Of a stretch of DNA of 64,000 nt, positions 57,847 to 64,000 are shown in pieces. Within the stretch, counting starts at the first letter, position 1, and each line of letters opens with the position of its first letter. Source of the DNA: the human T2T-CHM13v2.0 reference genome, Homo sapiens; assembly GCF_009914755.1 (NCBI RefSeq), contig NC_060927.1; one strand, given 5' to 3'. Below the pieces are notes generated by a model, which saw only the letters and a list, made by a program, of their open reading frames with translations, made no database searches and had not been told where the DNA came from. The translations under genes were made by a program, and so were the position numbers.

Positions 57847-60649
57847 TAATGTCCTTCAGAAGAAAATTAGCTTGAGTACTCATTTGCCAGATTACCAGAA
57901 ATCAAGTAATTCCCTCAGGGCTCACTTTTCCCCACTTGAAAATCCAAGAACCCCAGGAATCTATGTGGTATAAAAGAAAGAGGGCCGTATCTACCCACTT
58001 ATTTGAGCAGAACAGAGAGAACTTAGAATTGCATCAATCTGAATTGCCCTTGCTTCCTACTACCAAATGGAGCTTGTGCAGATAGACTGTGACGCAGTCT
58101 AACACAGGCTGCTTGTTCTCGACTGGTCCAGAATCCCCAAGAGAGGACCATTCAAGGTTAAACATCTTTTAGAGAGCATCATCTTATTCTCTTGGTTCTG
58201 AGTTAGGCTCAGGGGATCCTGATGTCTAAAGATGGCAGTTCTTCATGCTTAAATTTCTTTGTTCCTCCAGCAGTCATTCTCCGTGATGCTAGCTGTTCCA
58301 ACGGCACAGCTTTCCTTTCCCTCTCTAAGATCCATGCAGCAGAAGTTCACCGTTTTCTCTTTTCAATCCCCAAAACAAAATAGTGTGTTATATGCTTCTG
58401 AGACAGTAGAGCTATCCATTTATGCCTCAGTTGCTAGCTACATCAACGGTCTCCAAGGAGCTCTGCTTGATTTTATCTTTGGAGAGGAGACCAGTGTCAG
58501 AGAACCAACTTCCTCTAGAGATAAAGGTGAATTTCTGGCAGCCCTCCTCAAAGTAGGGGAAGAGTGAAAGACATTCAACTTGGCAATTGAAGACTCTATT
58601 AATATTTTTTGAATGAATAAGTTAAAAAAAAGTAGATGTGAAAATCTATATCAGATCATCCAAGTGATAGGGTTATAAAACCTGAAATTTTATTGTACTT
58701 ACTATACATATTTATAATTTCATATGTAGCTTATATAATTTTATATTTATAATTTTTGTCTTAAATCTTTGGCTAATCTCTAAGTGTGGGAGAGATTTTT
58801 GAGTAAATCTGCAGTATGATCCATTTCTAAACTAAATTTCTAACTATATATTCTAAATGTTTACGTGCAGTGTATGCATACATATTTTATAAACATATAC
58901 TGTACTATTTGGATTTAATAATATTTTAGAAGTTTTGTTTTTATTTTGGCCACATTTACAAAAATGTAAGTACAAATTTAAAATAAGTTTGTGTTTGCCC
59001 ATTATCCAGCCACAACTTTAAAGCATGCCATACTTGATAAGTTTCTAGATGTGTTTTAATGGCAGAGTCTCATCTATGCAGCCAATCTGGATGATAAAGC
59101 AATGCCTATTTCAAGTGTTTGGCCTATGAAGAGAATAAAGTGGATGGCTGTGGGTCACACCTAGCCACGTCATTTAATTCTCTTGCCAGACAAGATTGGG
59201 AGTTGCCTGGAGGAGGTGTTATGTTCTCTCTGGAACTATCCTTCCCTAGAAAAGAATGTGGCTGTTTGAAAAATCTATTCCAAGCGGGAAGCTACATCAA
59301 TGGAGAACTGCTGTTGTTATTATTTAGTTAGTGTCTGGACTTGGCATTTGAGGTGAGATGCACGTGCTAATTGTCTCAAAATGGATGGAAAGGAGCCTTG
59401 AATATTTCCACATGCCTTCCTTGACCAAAGGTGCTTTCACAGAGTTGATAAATATTTGCTCAGTATCAATTTGAAGCTCAGAAACTCACAAACAAATATG
59501 TTCCTCTAAAGGGCAGAAGCAAACTTTCTGTGGGAACAGGCCAATATTCCAAACATGTGACATCAGCTTTTGGTGTGAGATTTTAGTTCCAGACCCTTGG
59601 AGTCTCTTCAGTAAACTTTAGCGTGCTCAGGAGAGTTTCCTATACATATGTTTCAAATGGTTTTCAAAATATATTTTTAAAAATACCCTGAAAATTTCAG
59701 GAATATCTTGATTTTGAAGAAGATAAATCTGTTAATTAGGGGATAAAACAGAATATAGTAATGATTTAGAGAGTTACTTAGTACTATAAATACTTCTGAA
59801 GACTTTTTTTAATGGAAAAGAAATTGAGGAAACAATGCTAATTATATCTTCCAACATCTGGACTGGGAAATTAAGTCAATGCCTAATTGCAGACCTAGTG
59901 ATTATTCTAACTCCAGATTCTTATAAGCATGTCTGCATATGCTGGTTCTAAGTCTTACAGTTGAGATACAAAGGAAGATGAGGAGGAGGGGGCTTCTCAT
60001 GGGTCTCCAGTCCAGCATTTTATTAGAGCTCTGCATTGATTGCCTGTTGTGCAAACACTATACAAGTGGTAGTTTATTGTCATTCTGCTATTGTGTCCAC
60101 ACTTTCTTTGGAAGTATTCTTCTGGGAAAGGTATGCTTTGGTTTCAGGATAGGATTTAGTCATTTATGAGTCCTTTGACTTTTCTTAATACTAAGTTTCA
60201 CTCTTAATCACTAATATTAATGCATTTTTTATTCATCTATCCTTTCCTGTCATCTCCACATATTAAGATCTCATTTTTTTCTCATATTTTTAGTGTCTCC
60301 TTTCAAATTGGAGTATCTTCCCTGACTTCTAACATTTGAAGGTTTCTCCGTCTTGGAAAAACAAACAAACAAAAAACAAACCCAATGCCTTCTATTTGAC
60401 CTTGATATCCTTTCTTTGGACACTCATATTTCTTTTGTTTCTTAACCACGCTTTTCAGACAGGATTTCTCTAATGATGATCCCATGCCTTACCACTTGCT
60501 TTATCTGGTTATCACTTAATTGAATCCTAAGACACCTGCAAATTGATTTTTTGATGTAGTGCAAGAGGTGTATAGGAGAAATGAAAGATGCCCTACCAGA
60601 CAGTTCAAAGGTGAGCAGCTGGCAAAGGCAGACTTTACATCCTCTGGGA

Positions 60650-61522
<873 letters not shown>

Positions 61523-62529
61523 CTCTGGAAACTCAAAAAGAACTGACTTCTAAGTTTTGGCTGGGGCTGGAGTTGCTAACTGCTACTCATGAGAAAATAA
61601 TGAGTACTCAGCTACTGGTCTCTGCGGTGGAAGTAAAGGGACTGGTGAGAAAATTAGAGTCTGACCCAGGTGATAGGAAGCTACATTGAAAATACATGTA
61701 GGGCAAAGATTAAACTAAAAGGAGTACTCGGTGAGAAGCTCTGCACACAATGAGGAACGGTGGCCAGCTGTTCTGAATGGATTCGTTTAGCTATGAAGCA
61801 AATGGGTTACTGGAAATTATATAAATTTCATGAATCAGGAACAAAGTTAGCAGTTGTGACAAAGCACGGGGATTCTCTCTCATTTGTTTTTAACCAAAGC
61901 AAAAATTTCAAGGTGCTGAACCAGAAATTACCATTATAAACTTAATTTGCCCCCTTGCTGGTGGCCTAAGACAGTATCTATTGTAATTCTAGGTAAAAAG
62001 CAATTTGAAGGGGTGTTCTATACTTTGGCAGAGGAAACCCATTCCCTCTCAAGGTAAGGGCTAAAGCATTCAATTATTTTTTCTTGTATATTTAGTTTGA
62101 CTTGACAATTCATTAAGATATTCCACATCTGTATTACTCAATGTGAATATTCTATTTTTAGACATTGGGAAAACTGAATAGAGGTGGTGCAACTCACCTA
62201 GAAGCAATATTTGTGAAACCCCAAATGCCCTTGGCATAGATAATTATTTTGCCCTAAAATAATGATTATGAGTATGGTTCTATGGGGAAAAACTGGGAAC
62301 TCCCAATTTTCTTCCCACTTTCTGTTGTATCCTCAATAGCACCTGGACTGGGATTTCCAAAGGTGAGTTCTAGGATTAAGAGGTGATGGTTGTCCCAGGA
62401 TTAAGGGCTTTGTTTGAGAACCATAATGATCCCATCCATTTAAATAGCTTGAACCTTTCTGGTCCTTTGCCAGCTATTGTCTTTTTCTTATAAGAAGAAG
62501 GGAATAAACTTTTAATGTGCACATGCTAG

Positions 62530-63130
62530 CCTCTGAAATCTGAGGCCTGCCTTTCCTCCTTACTAGATGCGTGTATGACTTTAAACACAGCACTTAGACA
62601 TCTCGATCTTCAATTTCTTCATGTGGAAAAGATGAATTATATTAACCTCTATGTCATGAGGTTTTCTAGGGATTAATGAGATAATGTCTGCAAACTCTTT
62701 ATCACAATGCTTGGTATATAGTAAGAGCTTCACAGGTGTGAACTTTTGCAATTATTATCTATTAAACACTCTGTTGGATAAATTACTTTTTAATCTTCTT
62801 TAATCTCTATAACCATTTGCTGAGGTAAGGATTTTTATCCCTCTTTCATACATGAGAAAATAGAGGTTTAGAGAAGAGATAAACTAATTTGCCTGAGATT
62901 GCTACATTTGAAGGCATGATCCAGAAGCGTAAGAGACTTAAGAGCACAGACTGAACTCTGTGCTGTGTTGGAGAAGGTTATAGGGACTTTCTCTACCTCT
63001 ATGTCTACGTCTATAAAAATGAGGAGAATAATTATACCTATGCCTAATATTTTTAAGAAGTTAAATAAGTTAATATTTATGAACATTTAAAATCGTGCCT
63101 GGGATGCACTAAGTGCTACATGTAATTTCT
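62530..63130. mobile_element. Cluster of three MIR fragments (+, -, +)
   Basis: TCAATTTCTTCATGTGGAAAA...GGATTAATGAGATAATG; TGAGGTAAGG...CATGAGAAAATAGAGGTTTAGA; GTCTATAAAAATGAGGAGAATAAT...GCCTGG...TAAGTGCT. Confidence 0.6.
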
Positions 63131-64000
63131 TATATAAAATATTATGTTTACTTCTATCTCTGACTTTAAAGAGTAAAATTGCCTAGGTTCTTGCTAAAGA
63201 TTTCCTTCAGTTGTAGGTAAGAATTGCAGGTGTTTCAGAGACAAAGAATCCCTCTGTCATTCTGTTATAGCTCAAATCTGGTTAAAGCCACTTTGGGCAC
63301 TCTCATTTTTATAATGATGCAAGTGAACAATAGTAACTCTATTTTTTGGTTCTCAAGCAGTGACAGCCTTTTGTAGACCATTGTAAGCCTAGGATCATAC
63401 CTCTTTTGTATTTCTTCTGCAAAATGCCAGCCTTCCCCTGTGGCTGGGATTCTTACTCCATATGACTGACATCTAACACATGTTCTGCTGCCAAATGCTC
63501 GCTTTTCCTTTGGCTGAGTATCTGGGTTTGGCACCAGTTTTCATTTCACTTGAGAGATGTGGTGTCAATCAAGGCTGCATTGCTGGGTGAGATAAGTGGG
63601 CAGAGAACACATTTTAGAAGTCAGTTCATAAAGCTTTGGGATTATCACTGGGTTGGGAGATTTAGCAGAGAGATCTCAGGCTTTCCTTTGCTCTATGCTA
63701 TACCACTAGAATGTATTGCAGGGAGGTTTTTTTGTTTTGTTTGTTTTGTCTTTTTTTTTTTTTTTTTTTGCCTAATAAATGTAGCCTTTTTGAAGGTCAA
63801 ATTCTTGTATGTATATTCAGCCAGACTTGTCATAGGAAGGGGACCAAAATGATTTATATAATTTCTATACTACACTTACTTTGAGAAAATTTTTTTGTAG
63901 ATTAAGATAATTCTAATACTTGACGCTTGTGTTTCTAGCATTCTTTTAATGGAAGGATATGGAAAAAACAAGATTAATAGTCAAATAATTACAAGGAGAT

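Noticed and set aside
55750-57976. TATAAAAG boxes at 55750 and 57969
   Set aside because: Expected by chance in AT-rich DNA; no CpG island or convincing downstream exon.

Overview
AT-rich, repeat-laden hominid (probably human) non-coding DNA that looks like the inside of a long intron or intergenic sequence. I find no protein-coding gene, RNA gene, CpG island or CRISPR array. The ORF track is explained by Alu, L1, Tigger1 and LTR read-throughs or by chance ORFs. Recognisable content: 14 Alu copies (9 AluY-like, including probable AluYi6 and AluYe copies), L1 fragments from L1PA to L1ME age (largest about 3.1 kb, dead RT), a near full-length Tigger1, hAT/Tigger MITEs (MER5A, MER20, MER33, Charlie1-, Charlie4- and MER63-like, MER2), many MaLR and ERV1 solo LTRs, and L2/MIR relics. 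Family names are from recalled consensus sequences, not a database run, and boundaries of old elements are approximate. I cannot support a new biological system here. The best leads are: a plus-strand series of AG|GT recursive-splice-like motifs and small candidate exons, consistent with antisense TE bias for a plus-strand host transcript; several DNA-repair or template-switch scars inside repeats; multi-level TE nests with intact TSDs; and close inverted AluY pairs.
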